A DNA stretch of 57,562 bases from a virus (IMGVR_UViG_3300020021_000179:1-57562); one strand, 5' to 3'. Shown: positions 19,105 to 29,268, counted from the first letter of the stretch. Notes: a model not told the origin generated them from the sequence alone. A program made the numbers and translations.

Positions 19105-20317
19105 CCTTGGAGAGATTTACGTGAGCGACTTCCTGAAGCCGGATGAGTTCGCTAAACCAGAACGGCTGCACGAACTGGAATTGGTCATGGACAAATCCAT
19201 AGGAGCGGCAAGGCTGAAGACAACCAAACCCCTTGGAGATATGTTCGGAAAATACTGGTATCGCAGTGGGACGAATGCCAGTATGAAAGCCGCGTTAAAG
19301 AATGTCGTGGATTCTATATTGCCATTTGTTTATTATGGACCCAATGATGGGGTATTGAGATTAAGCCGATGGTTGGATATTGCCAGCAACGATGGCACAC
19401 TATTAAGTCTTGTTCCAAATACTTTCAGTAGATTAGGTTTTGATCCTTGCGAAGGTGATATTTATGAACAAGCTAAAAAACATGCAGATATAATTCAAGG
19501 CTATTTTAATCCATTTACATTTAGGATAACTGGTGAAAGATTTAATGTTATCACAACAATCGCCATGTTCTACGATCTGGAAGACCCGGACACATTCATC
19601 AAAGATGTTTACGAAGTACTGGACGACGAAGGTCTGTGGGTGCTGCAGTTAAGCTATACACCATTGATGTTAAAGCAATTGGCATTTGATAACATTTTAT
19701 CCGAGCATGTATTTTATCACACGCTCGGCAGCATGAAGACCCTACTGGAACGCAACGGTTTCAGGATCGTGGACTGTACGCTTAATGATGTGAACGGGGG
19801 AAGCATGCGGGTATTTGTTCGCAAAGAGAAAGCAAGCGTGAAGAACTTCGGAACCCAGGCATACCGTGATGTATGCAACTACCGGATCGAATCCCTGTTA
19901 TCGGAAGAACTTTCCAACGGCGTTTCCTTCCCGGAAGTATGGCAGAATTTTCACAGAGACATTTTAAAACTGAAAGCCGAAGTGGTGGACTTTATCACCT
20001 ATGCTAAGAAGCGGGGGAAGACGGTCATGGGCTATGGGGCATCAACAAAGGGCAACACGCTCCTGCAATTCTTTGGGCTGGATCATACCATGATTGATGC
20101 GATCGCAGAGCGACAGGAATGCAAATGGGGACTGAAGACTATCGGGACTAACATACCAATTATCAGCGAACAGGAAATGAGAGAACGCAAACCGGATTAC
20201 CTATTGATATTACCATGGCATTTTATTCAATCTTTTGAAGAAAGAGAGGCCGAATATCTCAACAATGGAGGCAAGATGATTGTTACTAATCCAGTGTTCA
20301 TTATAATAGAAAAATGA
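19088..20317 (+). CDS. NDP-hexose C-methyltransferase (TcaB9/NovU-like, Methyltransf_14 C-terminus)
   Basis: YWYRSG, LDIASNDGTLL, FDNILSEH, VNGGSMR, GYGASTKGNTLLQ, PDYLLILPWHF. Confidence 0.9.
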   Translation: MEKLFSLGEIYVSDFLKPDEFAKPERLHELELVMDKSIGAARLKTTKPLGDMFGKYWYRSGTNASMKAALKNVVDSILPFVYYGPNDGVLRLSRWLDIASNDGTLLSLVPNTFSRLGFDPCEGDIYEQAKKHADIIQGYFNPFTFRITGERFNVITTIAMFYDLEDPDTFIKDVYEVLDDEGLWVLQLSYTPLMLKQLAFDNILSEHVFYHTLGSMKTLLERNGFRIVDCTLNDVNGGSMRVFVRKEKASVKNFGTQAYRDVCNYRIESLLSEELSNGVSFPEVWQNFHRDILKLKAEVVDFITYAKKRGKTVMGYGASTKGNTLLQFFGLDHTMIDAIAERQECKWGLKTIGTNIPIISEQEMRERKPDYLLILPWHFIQSFEEREAEYLNNGGKMIVTNPVFIIIEK

Positions 20318-20350
20318 AAGTAGTGAATTATCAAAACAATATCACGCAGC

Positions 20351-20572
20351 ATGAAACGATACATTCTATTTACTGGAAGCAATTACTATCCATCAGGCGG
20401 CTGGGAAGACTTCAATGCCACCTCCGATGATATTGCAGACTTAGCGGATATTATTAAAGCTGACTTTACTGAGCAGGAATTAAATACATGGTGGCACATA
20501 CTGGACACAAAAACAATGGATATAATTTATGACATACCACTCCCAAGCAGGACAAGACAAATGGGTTCATGA
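20351..20572 (+). CDS. hypothetical protein (YYPSGGWEDF motif)
   Basis: Common small phage protein motif. Confidence 0.55.
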   Translation: MKRYILFTGSNYYPSGGWEDFNATSDDIADLADIIKADFTEQELNTWWHILDTKTMDIIYDIPLPSRTRQMGS

Positions 20573-21122
20573 TATCATTGGTGATAAAGGTTTCTTCGTA
20601 GACATTGGCGCTTACGACGGAGTGCAGACAAGTAATACCTATGCACTGGAATACCTGGGATGGAAAGGGATATGCGTGGAAGCCGAAGTAAATGCGTATA
20701 ACAAATGCATCCGGGAAAGAACAAACGTTAGCGTCAATAAGGCTGTGACCAACTATAAGGGAATAGCCATGTTTGCCGGGGATAGGATAGGCGGGGAAAT
20801 ATCAGTGAAGTGCGACACATTGCAAGGAATTCTAAGGGATTATACAGCGCCAAGTGTCATAGACTATTTAAGCATGGACATTGAAGGCCATGAGTTCACG
20901 GTATTAAACGCATTTCCTTTCGATGAGTTCCGGTTCAAGCTAATGACAATCGAACACAACCTGTACTGTGACGGCCCGACAAACAAGGACGCGCTGTACG
21001 AACTATTAACACGTAACGGTTACATCAGAGTGGTGGAAGACGCGCCATGCCTTGACCCTACCCCGGCCTGGTATATGCAGCCGTATGAAGACTGGTACCG
21101 GCATGAATCATTTAAAATATAG
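20529..21122 (+). CDS. FkbM-family methyltransferase
   Basis: YHSQAGQD, FFVDIGAYDG, SNT, GWKGICVE, IDYLSMDIEGHE, TIEHN. Confidence 0.92.
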   Translation: MTYHSQAGQDKWVHDIIGDKGFFVDIGAYDGVQTSNTYALEYLGWKGICVEAEVNAYNKCIRERTNVSVNKAVTNYKGIAMFAGDRIGGEISVKCDTLQGILRDYTAPSVIDYLSMDIEGHEFTVLNAFPFDEFRFKLMTIEHNLYCDGPTNKDALYELLTRNGYIRVVEDAPCLDPTPAWYMQPYEDWYRHESFKI

Positions 21123-21125
21123 TAT

Positions 21126-21383
21126 ATGACAAAAGAACAGAAAGTATTAAGGGATGTGATCATGATGGCCGTTTCTAATCATGAAAAGAATACGTTGGAA
21201 AGAATATCCGGTATTACAATGACAAATGAGGGTGATGAATTTACTGGAGGGCGCTCATGGGATTTCAACTTCATGACTGATCCAACGCTTCATTTGGTTA
21301 ATTTAAATGAGAAAAGTAAAGAGGGCAATATGCATGCATGGGTGAGAGCGGAAATAATCGAATCTTCATTTATTAAAATATGA
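21126..21383 (+). CDS. hypothetical protein
   Basis: 85-aa ORF in operon. Confidence 0.5.
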   Translation: MTKEQKVLRDVIMMAVSNHEKNTLERISGITMTNEGDEFTGGRSWDFNFMTDPTLHLVNLNEKSKEGNMHAWVRAEIIESSFIKI

Positions 21384-21550
21384 AAGAGCCAATTGAAATA
21401 GTAAATGATGAATTACAATTCGCAAAGCATCGTATTTCAACATTGGAAAATATCCTTAGAATTATTGTTACTCATTATTTGGGGCATACATGGGAAATAG
21501 ATAGGCAAACTCTTGAAGTATGGCTTAGTGATTTAAAGATAAAGAAATGA
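21380..21550 (+). CDS. hypothetical protein (56 aa, not in ORF track)
   Basis: ATGA overlaps at both ends. Confidence 0.5.
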   Translation: MKEPIEIVNDELQFAKHRISTLENILRIIVTHYLGHTWEIDRQTLEVWLSDLKIKK

Positions 21551-22389
21551 AAATACTATTCATAACCCGTGATTCTGAACGCTGTGGTGTAGCAGACTAC
21601 GGAAGACGGTTATTCTCCATCCTGAAACCAGCATTGGACATCACGCTCCATGAGTCAGACGGCGTAAGCCCAATCAATTACGAAGGCTATGACGTTGCTC
21701 TATACAACTACCACCACGCCACACTACCAAATGTGGATTGTTTTAACCGGAACATAAAACACGTAGCCCTATTCCATGAAGCCTTCATGAACATAACGCC
21801 AGACGTTATCATTCGCGTGGCAGGGATAGCAAGACCGCTGATCGGAAACTACTACGCAGAGAAGCCCCTAAACAGAATACCGGTTATCGGCTCCTTTGGA
21901 TTTGGGTTCCCAGATAAGAACTTTCCGGGCATTGCAAAGCTGGTTACCGAACAATTCAAAGAGGCCAGACTAAGGCTTAACATCCCATTCGCTGAGTTCG
22001 GCGATAACGACGGGGCCATGGCAAGGAATGAGGCATACAAATGCCAGCAAGTAATTCAGGGAACGGCTATAACACTGGAAGTCAATCACAACTTCCTCAG
22101 CCAAACAGAACTCCTGGAATGGAACCGGGCCAACGACCTGAATGTATTCCTTTACGCTGACAGCCACGGACGCGGGATAAGTTCGGCAACAGACTATGCC
22201 CTAAGCGTACGTCGACCTATAGCCATCAGCAGATCGGAAATGTTCAAACACCTACCACGTGAAATATGTGTGGACAACGCAACGCTCCCCGATTTACTGG
22301 AATATGGCGTTGAATTCCTTAACACGGTTTACCTGCAGAACACCAATGAAAGGCTTATCAATCAAATCACCGAATATTTAAACAAATAA
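21547..22389 (+). CDS. glycosyltransferase, GT-B (GT4-like)
   Basis: MKILFIT, CGVADY, IGSFGFGFPDK, DLNVFLY, GISSATDYALS. Confidence 0.8.
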   Translation: MKILFITRDSERCGVADYGRRLFSILKPALDITLHESDGVSPINYEGYDVALYNYHHATLPNVDCFNRNIKHVALFHEAFMNITPDVIIRVAGIARPLIGNYYAEKPLNRIPVIGSFGFGFPDKNFPGIAKLVTEQFKEARLRLNIPFAEFGDNDGAMARNEAYKCQQVIQGTAITLEVNHNFLSQTELLEWNRANDLNVFLYADSHGRGISSATDYALSVRRPIAISRSEMFKHLPREICVDNATLPDLLEYGVEFLNTVYLQNTNERLINQITEYLNK

Positions 22390-22391
22390 AT

Positions 22392-22604
22392 ATGGGAAGA
22401 GTTAATGTTTTTATTCACGGGAAGGAGAAACTTTCTTACACCAGTATTAGCGAAGATGATAATACGGAAATATTTGCAAAAAATGCCATTAGATCATCGG
22501 AATATGGAATGGCAATAGAATGCAAAGATCGAGTTATCTATTTAGGAGCTGATTTGTGCAGAAATGCGATTATCGAATATATACCATTTAAACAAATAAC
22601 ATGA
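22392..22604 (+). CDS. hypothetical protein
   Basis: 70-aa ORF. Confidence 0.5.
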   Translation: MGRVNVFIHGKEKLSYTSISEDDNTEIFAKNAIRSSEYGMAIECKDRVIYLGADLCRNAIIEYIPFKQIT

Positions 22605-22783
22605 ACTACATCTATGAAAGAAAGCTGGAAGAAATAACCGATAAGGCTTACGAAGACAAGCGACAACTTAAAAACAAGCTGGCCTACAACTGGTATGATA
22701 TGCTTAACGCTAAAATCTGTTATATCGGTATCGGATTTACCATCGGTCTTATCCTTACTTATCTGTTAATGAGGAACGCTTAA
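22601..22783 (+). CDS. small C-terminally anchored membrane protein
   Basis: C-terminal hydrophobic helix. Confidence 0.5.
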   Translation: MNYIYERKLEEITDKAYEDKRQLKNKLAYNWYDMLNAKICYIGIGFTIGLILTYLLMRNA

Positions 22784-22784
22784 A

Positions 22785-22809
22785 ACAAAATCGGGGAATT
22801 GACATTTAT
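22785..22809 (+). promoter_or_regulatory. putative late promoter ACA-N15-CATTTAT (copy 1, terS)
   Basis: ACA 22785, CATTTAT 22803, ATG 8 nt later. Confidence 0.7.
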
Positions 22810-22817
22810 TGAGGTAA

Positions 22818-23240
22818 ATGGGTAAGCATAAATATATTGACAATCCGGAAAAATTAATGGATTTGTTCCTTTCTTATGAAAGGTATATCAAGACCAATCC
22901 TAAGCTAAAGAATAATTTTGCTGGCAAAGATGCAATAGAAGTTCATTTTGAATTAGAGAGACCATTAACTATGGAAGGCTTTGAAACTTATACATTTAGG
23001 CAAGGCTTCAATGCTGATCTGGGTGATTATTTCTCCAATAAGGACAACCGTTATGCGGATTATGCGGCTATCTGTTCGCGTATTAAGAAAGAAATCCGCG
23101 CTGATCAAATTGAAGGCGGCATGACGGGCATATACAATCCATCTATTACCCAACGATTAAATGGACTTGTTGAAAAGACTGATAATAAAAATGAGAATAC
23201 AGAAATTAAGAAGAAGTATAAGCTCACAATGAATTTATGA
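22818..23240 (+). CDS. terS: terminase small subunit (gp3 DNA-packaging family)
   Basis: RPLTMEGF, RIKKEIRADQIEGGMTGIYNPSITQRLNGL; directly before TerL. Confidence 0.85.
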   Translation: MGKHKYIDNPEKLMDLFLSYERYIKTNPKLKNNFAGKDAIEVHFELERPLTMEGFETYTFRQGFNADLGDYFSNKDNRYADYAAICSRIKKEIRADQIEGGMTGIYNPSITQRLNGLVEKTDNKNENTEIKKKYKLTMNL

Positions 23241-24493
23241 CCACTGAAGAAGTGGAAATAGAATGGCAGCGGCCATTTGTTTACCCATATCAGCAAGCAA
23301 TCCTGGACTGTCCCGCAAGATATACCGTATGCGAGGCATCCACAAAGGTCGGAAAAACAGCCAGCCATATCATTTGGCTATTCGAGCAAGCAATCAAACT
23401 TAAAAACGAGAATGAATCAGTGTGGTGGGTAGCCCCTACAGTTGCTCAGGCTAAGATCGCATACAACCGCATGAAGGTTCAAATTAGCGATAAGGGTTTC
23501 GTATCGTTCAATGAAACCAATAGGATCATAACTCTTGTTACAGGCGCTAAGATAGAGTTTAAGACTGCCGAAAACCCAGACAACCTATACGGTGATGATG
23601 TATATGCCTTCGTATTCGATGAATTTACCAGAGCCAGGGAGGCGGCATGGTTTGCGCTCAGGTCTACCATTACAAGTACTGGAGGAAGCGGTAAGTTTAT
23701 AGGCAACGTTAAGGGCAAAAAAAATTGGGGACATAAGCTGGCCATGAAGGCAAAGACGGGTGAAGATCCTGATTTTGTCTATTTCAAGATTACCGCTTAT
23801 GATGCAGCCGATGCCGGTATGAAAACCAAGGATGGGCGACCATTTCTCGAAGAAATCACAGCAGCTAAAAGAGATTTACCAGAATACATATTCAATGAAC
23901 TGTATCTGGCTGAAGCCTCAGAGGATGGCAGCAATCCATTTGGACTAAAGTTTATTGCCCAATGCTGTCAGGCGGCTTTGTCTATTGAAAAAAGCGTTTG
24001 TTATGGTATTGATGTCGCGCGTAAGGTTGACTTTGTATCTATTATAGGCATTGATAAGTTGGGCGTTATGAGCCATTATCATAACTTTAATAAGGTTGGT
24101 TGGGATCAAACTATCAACACCATCAAATATCTACCAAATGTTCCAATGGCTATCGACAGCACTGGAGTTGGGGATGTAGTTGTTTCACAGGTGGAGATAG
24201 CGCAATCCCAGATCGAAGCATTCATATTTACCGAAAGAAGCAAGCAAACAATTATGGAAGGATTGGCAATAGCCATACAGGGAAGAAAGATTATTATTGC
24301 CGATGATGGCAATGTTCAAACCGGCACCGGAAAACTTAGACATCAGCTAGAACAGTTTGAATTTGAATATACCAGAACAGGAATACGATATTCTGCACCC
24401 GACGGAGAACACGATGATGATGTTTGCGCCCTTGCCTTAGCATGGCATAAATGGGGAACCGCTGCATTATCCGGAAACATATCAGTATGGTAA
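23237..24493 (+). CDS. terL: terminase large subunit
   Basis: Walker A variant STKVGKT, WVAPT, Walker B VFDE; RNase H-like GIDVAR, IDSTGVGD, HDDDVCALALA. Confidence 0.93.
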   Translation: MTTEEVEIEWQRPFVYPYQQAILDCPARYTVCEASTKVGKTASHIIWLFEQAIKLKNENESVWWVAPTVAQAKIAYNRMKVQISDKGFVSFNETNRIITLVTGAKIEFKTAENPDNLYGDDVYAFVFDEFTRAREAAWFALRSTITSTGGSGKFIGNVKGKKNWGHKLAMKAKTGEDPDFVYFKITAYDAADAGMKTKDGRPFLEEITAAKRDLPEYIFNELYLAEASEDGSNPFGLKFIAQCCQAALSIEKSVCYGIDVARKVDFVSIIGIDKLGVMSHYHNFNKVGWDQTINTIKYLPNVPMAIDSTGVGDVVVSQVEIAQSQIEAFIFTERSKQTIMEGLAIAIQGRKIIIADDGNVQTGTGKLRHQLEQFEFEYTRTGIRYSAPDGEHDDDVCALALAWHKWGTAALSGNISVW

Positions 24494-24611
24494 TCAGTGA
24501 ATGCATGTTCATTACATCGGGAGGCATCCTTATCTACAAGGGTCATTACAATGCGCTGTATGAAATCCTTGGCGGCAAGAACGGAGGACTCAACCTCCGG
24601 CAGATCTAAAA

Positions 24612-24636
24612 ACAATCCCTAGTTTTTGACATTTAT
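24612..24636 (+). promoter_or_regulatory. putative late promoter (copy 2)
   Basis: ACA 24612, CATTTAT 24630, ATG 6 nt later; shares TTGACATTTATTGAGGTA with copy 1. Confidence 0.7.
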
Positions 24637-24642
24637 TGAGGT

Positions 24643-25254
24643 ATGAGTATTGGTAAATCTCAAGCCCTTGCGATAGCATCCGATGTCCTGAATGGTTCGG
24701 GGAGTATCGGTGATCTGTCTCCGCGTGAAACGGTTTCAGAACTTATATTACTAGCCGCAGAATTCATTGAAGATGCTCAAGCAAACCTGAATGAATCCAA
24801 CTCAAACGCTTCAGGTTCATTGTCGGCCTCATTAGAATCAGGCCCACCAACAACAACCGGAACTGTCGTTAAGATAGATATCTCCATGCTTCCTTACGGA
24901 CTCTTTGTTAACTCAGGCGTTAAGGGAACCAAATCAGGACAGAGTAACGCGGGATACGCTTTTAAGAAAGACATCCCTAGCGCTGACTTCATTAAATCCA
25001 TTATGGCATGGCAGAGCAAAGCAAGGTCAAGTGTGACTAATTCCAGCAGAAGCAAATCAATCAGCCGCAATGAGATAAAGAACCATTCCATATCGGCATT
25101 GAGTAAGTCATTCGCGATAGCGCGTAGTATCATGCAACACGGTTTAAAGCCTACGGGATTCCTTGACAAAGCCGTTAGGACAACAACGGCAAAGGTCGAA
25201 GACAGACTCGGCAAAGCCCTTGAAATAGATATCATCACCGCTATAAAACGATAA
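24643..25254 (+). CDS. neck/tail completion protein (HK97 gp10-like)
   Basis: ASGSLSASL, YGLFVNSGVKG, FAIARSIMQHGLKPTGF. Confidence 0.6.
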   Translation: MSIGKSQALAIASDVLNGSGSIGDLSPRETVSELILLAAEFIEDAQANLNESNSNASGSLSASLESGPPTTTGTVVKIDISMLPYGLFVNSGVKGTKSGQSNAGYAFKKDIPSADFIKSIMAWQSKARSSVTNSSRSKSISRNEIKNHSISALSKSFAIARSIMQHGLKPTGFLDKAVRTTTAKVEDRLGKALEIDIITAIKR

Positions 25255-26432
25255 TGGCCCTAAACATCAAGTTCACGCCCGCTATATTCTCATCCTTTCA
25301 GGACGACCTCATCTTCACGGTACTCGATCCGGTCACGGTTGCCGATCCGGTTACATATCCCAATTTCAAATATATTGGCGATATCTATATTGGCGGCGTG
25401 CTGGTTGCCAGAGTGAAAAAGATTCCAGACCCCGCTACGGGCGTGGGGGTATTCAATATAGGACAGATCGTCCGCAGCTACGCTACTACAGTCTTTAATC
25501 CGGGATCTGGTTTGGTCGCTCAGATTCTTAGCGACGGCGCTTTCACCCTTCAGATTACCATGCACTTCGGGGAGTCATATTCCTTTACCGACTTCCTGGA
25601 TATCGTAGTAGATTCAACAAGGTTCTTTTTTAATAACGCCAACAACAGACTAAACAATGTCGTCTCTACAATAGTCACTAAGCTGGATCTGTTCGCCACC
25701 AACCGCCCGTTAACGCAAGGCAAAGTATTGTTTTCTTCTCAGTTTTTCTTTATGCCATTCCTTCCGGCATCGATAGCCTCTTATCCTGTTGTTATAACTC
25801 CTATCCTTTCAGATGGAACAAGCGGAGCGCCCTTCACCACATCGGTAACAGCTGCACTCGCTTACGATTTCCAGCAGCTAAATGTATCCCCGCAGGCGCT
25901 TAATACCTTGAGTCCCGGATTGATTACACCTTATATGCAAGGCTATACAGTCAAGGTCGGAACATTGGCAACGGTAACGATTTATATAATCTGCGAAACA
26001 CAATACAAAACATGGATGCTGCACTTCCTGAATCAATATGGAGGCTTTGACAGCTACCTATTTACGAAAGTCAATAAGAGTACAATCAATATCACAAAGG
26101 AGATTTTCGGGCGCCTATCGTATGCGGTGAGTAATACGGGTAACGTATCCTTCCGCAATGCAAACGGGGTGTACAATGAAACCGATTCAACGTATTCCAG
26201 TCAGTATACCGAAGGGCTTGAACTCAATTCCGATCTGATAACTGATGGTGAATACCTGTGGTTGAAAGATTTAATGCTATCGCCATTGGTGTACGTGGAA
26301 GATTCGGGTAGTTTCTATTGTGTCCAGATTACAGAAGATACCTATGAGGCCAAGAAGAATATCAACGACGAGTTAACGAACCTGAATATCAACCTGACAT
26401 TTGGCAACCAGTTAAACCAACAGTTCCGCTAA
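25254..26432 (+). CDS. tail/baseplate structural protein
   Basis: FLNQYGGFDSYLF, LNSD, LMLSPLVY motifs typical of Bacteroidota phage tail proteins. Confidence 0.6.
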   Translation: MALNIKFTPAIFSSFQDDLIFTVLDPVTVADPVTYPNFKYIGDIYIGGVLVARVKKIPDPATGVGVFNIGQIVRSYATTVFNPGSGLVAQILSDGAFTLQITMHFGESYSFTDFLDIVVDSTRFFFNNANNRLNNVVSTIVTKLDLFATNRPLTQGKVLFSSQFFFMPFLPASIASYPVVITPILSDGTSGAPFTTSVTAALAYDFQQLNVSPQALNTLSPGLITPYMQGYTVKVGTLATVTIYIICETQYKTWMLHFLNQYGGFDSYLFTKVNKSTINITKEIFGRLSYAVSNTGNVSFRNANGVYNETDSTYSSQYTEGLELNSDLITDGEYLWLKDLMLSPLVYVEDSGSFYCVQITEDTYEAKKNINDELTNLNINLTFGNQLNQQFR

Positions 26433-26743
26433 TGGTATACGGTCCGCTCGAAATAGTAGTATATAACGGAATCATTTGTAAATGGTCACTACTCCAGTAT
26501 TTCATTGACGCTAAGATATGTATATCCATAAGACGGGCGACAGAAGAAGAAAAAATAAGGCATGCTAAACGTCCTTGACATGACGATATATCCTACGAAA
26601 TGCGAAATCGTTCATTCCAGAATGGTCAAGCTAGACGGTGGTTTAATAGCCGATGTGATCATATTCGCAGAAGTTATTGAGAATCAATTTCTGGACATGA
26701 TCATTCATCTTGATACGACAATCTTTGAATTAAGCTGTAACTG

Positions 26744-28906
26744 ATGGTAACGCAAACGGAGATATTTGTTGAAGGGTATAAACTTGATATATCAGATGAT
26801 CTGGATTCACTGATTACGTTTGCAATTGACGATGTGAAAAACTTTGCCAGCAGGCAGACGGCATTCAGTAAAACGGTTGTCCTACCCGGAACGGCTAATA
26901 ACAATACCATCTTCGGAAGTATTTTCGACACGGGTATCAGCAACGTATATGATTCCGCCATGAAGAACGTCGGCATCAACTTCAATGCCATGGTATCGGC
27001 GGCATGTATCATCTTCCAGGATAACGTACAGACCTTCAAAGGAACGCTCAGGCTTCTGGAAATAGATATCGATAAGAAAAGAATCGAATACCAGGTAGCC
27101 CTTAACGGGAATCTTACTACGCTAAACGTTGCCCTTAGTTCAGGATATATTGCCGATCTGGATTTCTCTGCCTATAACCAGCTATGGACAGCGGCTAACA
27201 TTACCGCCAGCTGGGACAATCCGGGCGGCTCTGGTATATACTTTCCGCTCATGGACTACGGGAACTATTCGCAAGGAAAACATGATTGGGATTTCAGAAC
27301 CATGCGTCCCGCGTTGTACGTGAAAGAGTACATCGACAAGATGTTTGCTAGTGCTGGCTTCCGGTATTCATGCGATCTATTCAATACCCCCCGGTTTAAA
27401 TCCCTGGTTGTTCCCCATAATCAAAAAACACTTTTGAGTCAGGTCAGCAGAGTCCTGACGGCAAACGAAACCTCCAGCCATACGATTATCAATACCGGGA
27501 TCGGAACTACATCCGGATTACTTCCATGGGATACGATCATAGCCGGTGGATTCTCTTATTCACTCGGGACGTTCACCTATACACAGCCCACAGCCCTTAC
27601 GGCTATTATATCATGGAATCTGGGTGGTGACCGGTTTTCAGCAACGCCCGGGAACTTCATCGTCAACATACGCAGAAATGGATCAGTAATCGCAACCACT
27701 ACGATCACAACATTCAATGTACATATTACATGGCAATGGATTTCATCGGTATCCGTACCCGTAGTTACCGGAGATACCTTTGACGTGCAATTAGTTTACG
27801 GCGGGACAGGAACAGGTATGATCATCACGGCATCAAGTCCGAATCTGTTAACGATGGATTCAGCTATCCCTACGCTTCAGCCTGTGGATTATAACCAAAT
27901 GATTACGCTGAATGATATTTTACCACAGAATATCCGTAAGGTAGATTTCCTGGTATCTATTGTAACGCTGTTCAACCTGTATGTATACGAGGACAAATGG
28001 GATGAAACGCTCATTCATATCAGCCCGTTTATAAACTTCTATTCCGGAACCGATACCGTAGACTGGACATACAAATTAAACCGAGATGGATCGATCAGTA
28101 TAAAACCCATGTCGGAGTTAACCAGTAAGCTATACAATTTCAATTATGCCAGTGATTCTGATTACTGGAATGATTTATATAACAAGCGCTACAACCAGGT
28201 ATACGGTTCTTATATTTTCGATAGCCAGTTCCAGTTTGCCGATCAGACCAACACGGCTACGCTGATCTTTGCGCCCACACCACTGGTCGGATATGTAGGG
28301 GAAGAAAAGGTCTATGGAACACTATTCAAACGCACGGGTAATATAACGGGAGCCGGCGAAGAAAACGTGGATAGCGTTATCCGGATCATGCAGACCAAAA
28401 AGATCATGGGAGTCTCAACCTGGCAGATCAAGAACGTGGCAACGGTTCTCTTAAGCCTGAGCTATTATGGCTATGCCGGGCATTTCGATGATCCCGACGC
28501 GCCTACCAATGATTTGAACTTCGGGGCGCTGAATGAATTGTTCTTTATTCTGGCTACAGGCGACCTAACCAAAACACAGTTCAATGTGTACTGGTCGGCT
28601 TATATGGCTGAGATAACGAATAAGGATTCAAAACTATTAACCGCACAGTTCTATCTGAAGCCAAACGATATCTTCAATCTTGATTTTTCTCATTACGTCT
28701 ATGTGGACGGAAGCCTGTACCGGTTAAATAAAATCACTGATTACAACTGTACGCAACCGGCGCTTTGCACCGTAGAGCTTTTAAAAGTAATTAATACAAC
28801 CTATCAATACGTCACCTTCCCGCCAATCGTAGATACATTCAGATGGCTGGATGCGGACGGGTCGTTCGTTTTAGATTCCGATAACTCAGTAATACTACAT
28901 CAATAA
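26744..28906 (+). CDS. tail tip/baseplate hub structural protein
   Basis: FSKTVVLPGTANNN, YFPLMDYG, RPALYVK, LFNLYV, YRLNKITDY. Confidence 0.7.
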   Translation: MVTQTEIFVEGYKLDISDDLDSLITFAIDDVKNFASRQTAFSKTVVLPGTANNNTIFGSIFDTGISNVYDSAMKNVGINFNAMVSAACIIFQDNVQTFKGTLRLLEIDIDKKRIEYQVALNGNLTTLNVALSSGYIADLDFSAYNQLWTAANITASWDNPGGSGIYFPLMDYGNYSQGKHDWDFRTMRPALYVKEYIDKMFASAGFRYSCDLFNTPRFKSLVVPHNQKTLLSQVSRVLTANETSSHTIINTGIGTTSGLLPWDTIIAGGFSYSLGTFTYTQPTALTAIISWNLGGDRFSATPGNFIVNIRRNGSVIATTTITTFNVHITWQWISSVSVPVVTGDTFDVQLVYGGTGTGMIITASSPNLLTMDSAIPTLQPVDYNQMITLNDILPQNIRKVDFLVSIVTLFNLYVYEDKWDETLIHISPFINFYSGTDTVDWTYKLNRDGSISIKPMSELTSKLYNFNYASDSDYWNDLYNKRYNQVYGSYIFDSQFQFADQTNTATLIFAPTPLVGYVGEEKVYGTLFKRTGNITGAGEENVDSVIRIMQTKKIMGVSTWQIKNVATVLLSLSYYGYAGHFDDPDAPTNDLNFGALNELFFILATGDLTKTQFNVYWSAYMAEITNKDSKLLTAQFYLKPNDIFNLDFSHYVYVDGSLYRLNKITDYNCTQPALCTVELLKVINTTYQYVTFPPIVDTFRWLDADGSFVLDSDNSVILHQ

Positions 28907-29268
28907 TGGATCAGCAAATAAGTTTAAAGCCAGCGTTAACCAATGTTCAGGTTGACGATAATACCAAGATCGTTCCATGGGTGGTAGGGGCAACTGGGTT
29001 TGTCAATAAGGCAACGGTCGCGCAGTTGAAGCTAATATTCAGCACCCAACAGCTCGTATATACCGCAACAGGAACAGAGGGGACGGCGCTGGTTATATCA
29101 GCACTAGCCGCCAAAGCCGTATTGATGATCGCCCGGGAAGGGTCAACACTGTATCCTGTTGTATCGGCTCCTGATTCTGTTTCTTATATCTGGGACTTCA
29201 CTACGATCACCTTTGGACTGGCTTTAAATTTCGGAGAACGGTTTTTAATCCTTTACAAGAATGTCTAA
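28906..29268 (+). CDS. small tail-associated adaptor protein
   Basis: MDQQISLKP N-terminus and C-terminal TITF...GE..LILY beta module; coupled to the hub gene. Confidence 0.45.
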   Translation: MDQQISLKPALTNVQVDDNTKIVPWVVGATGFVNKATVAQLKLIFSTQQLVYTATGTEGTALVISALAAKAVLMIAREGSTLYPVVSAPDSVSYIWDFTTITFGLALNFGERFLILYKNV

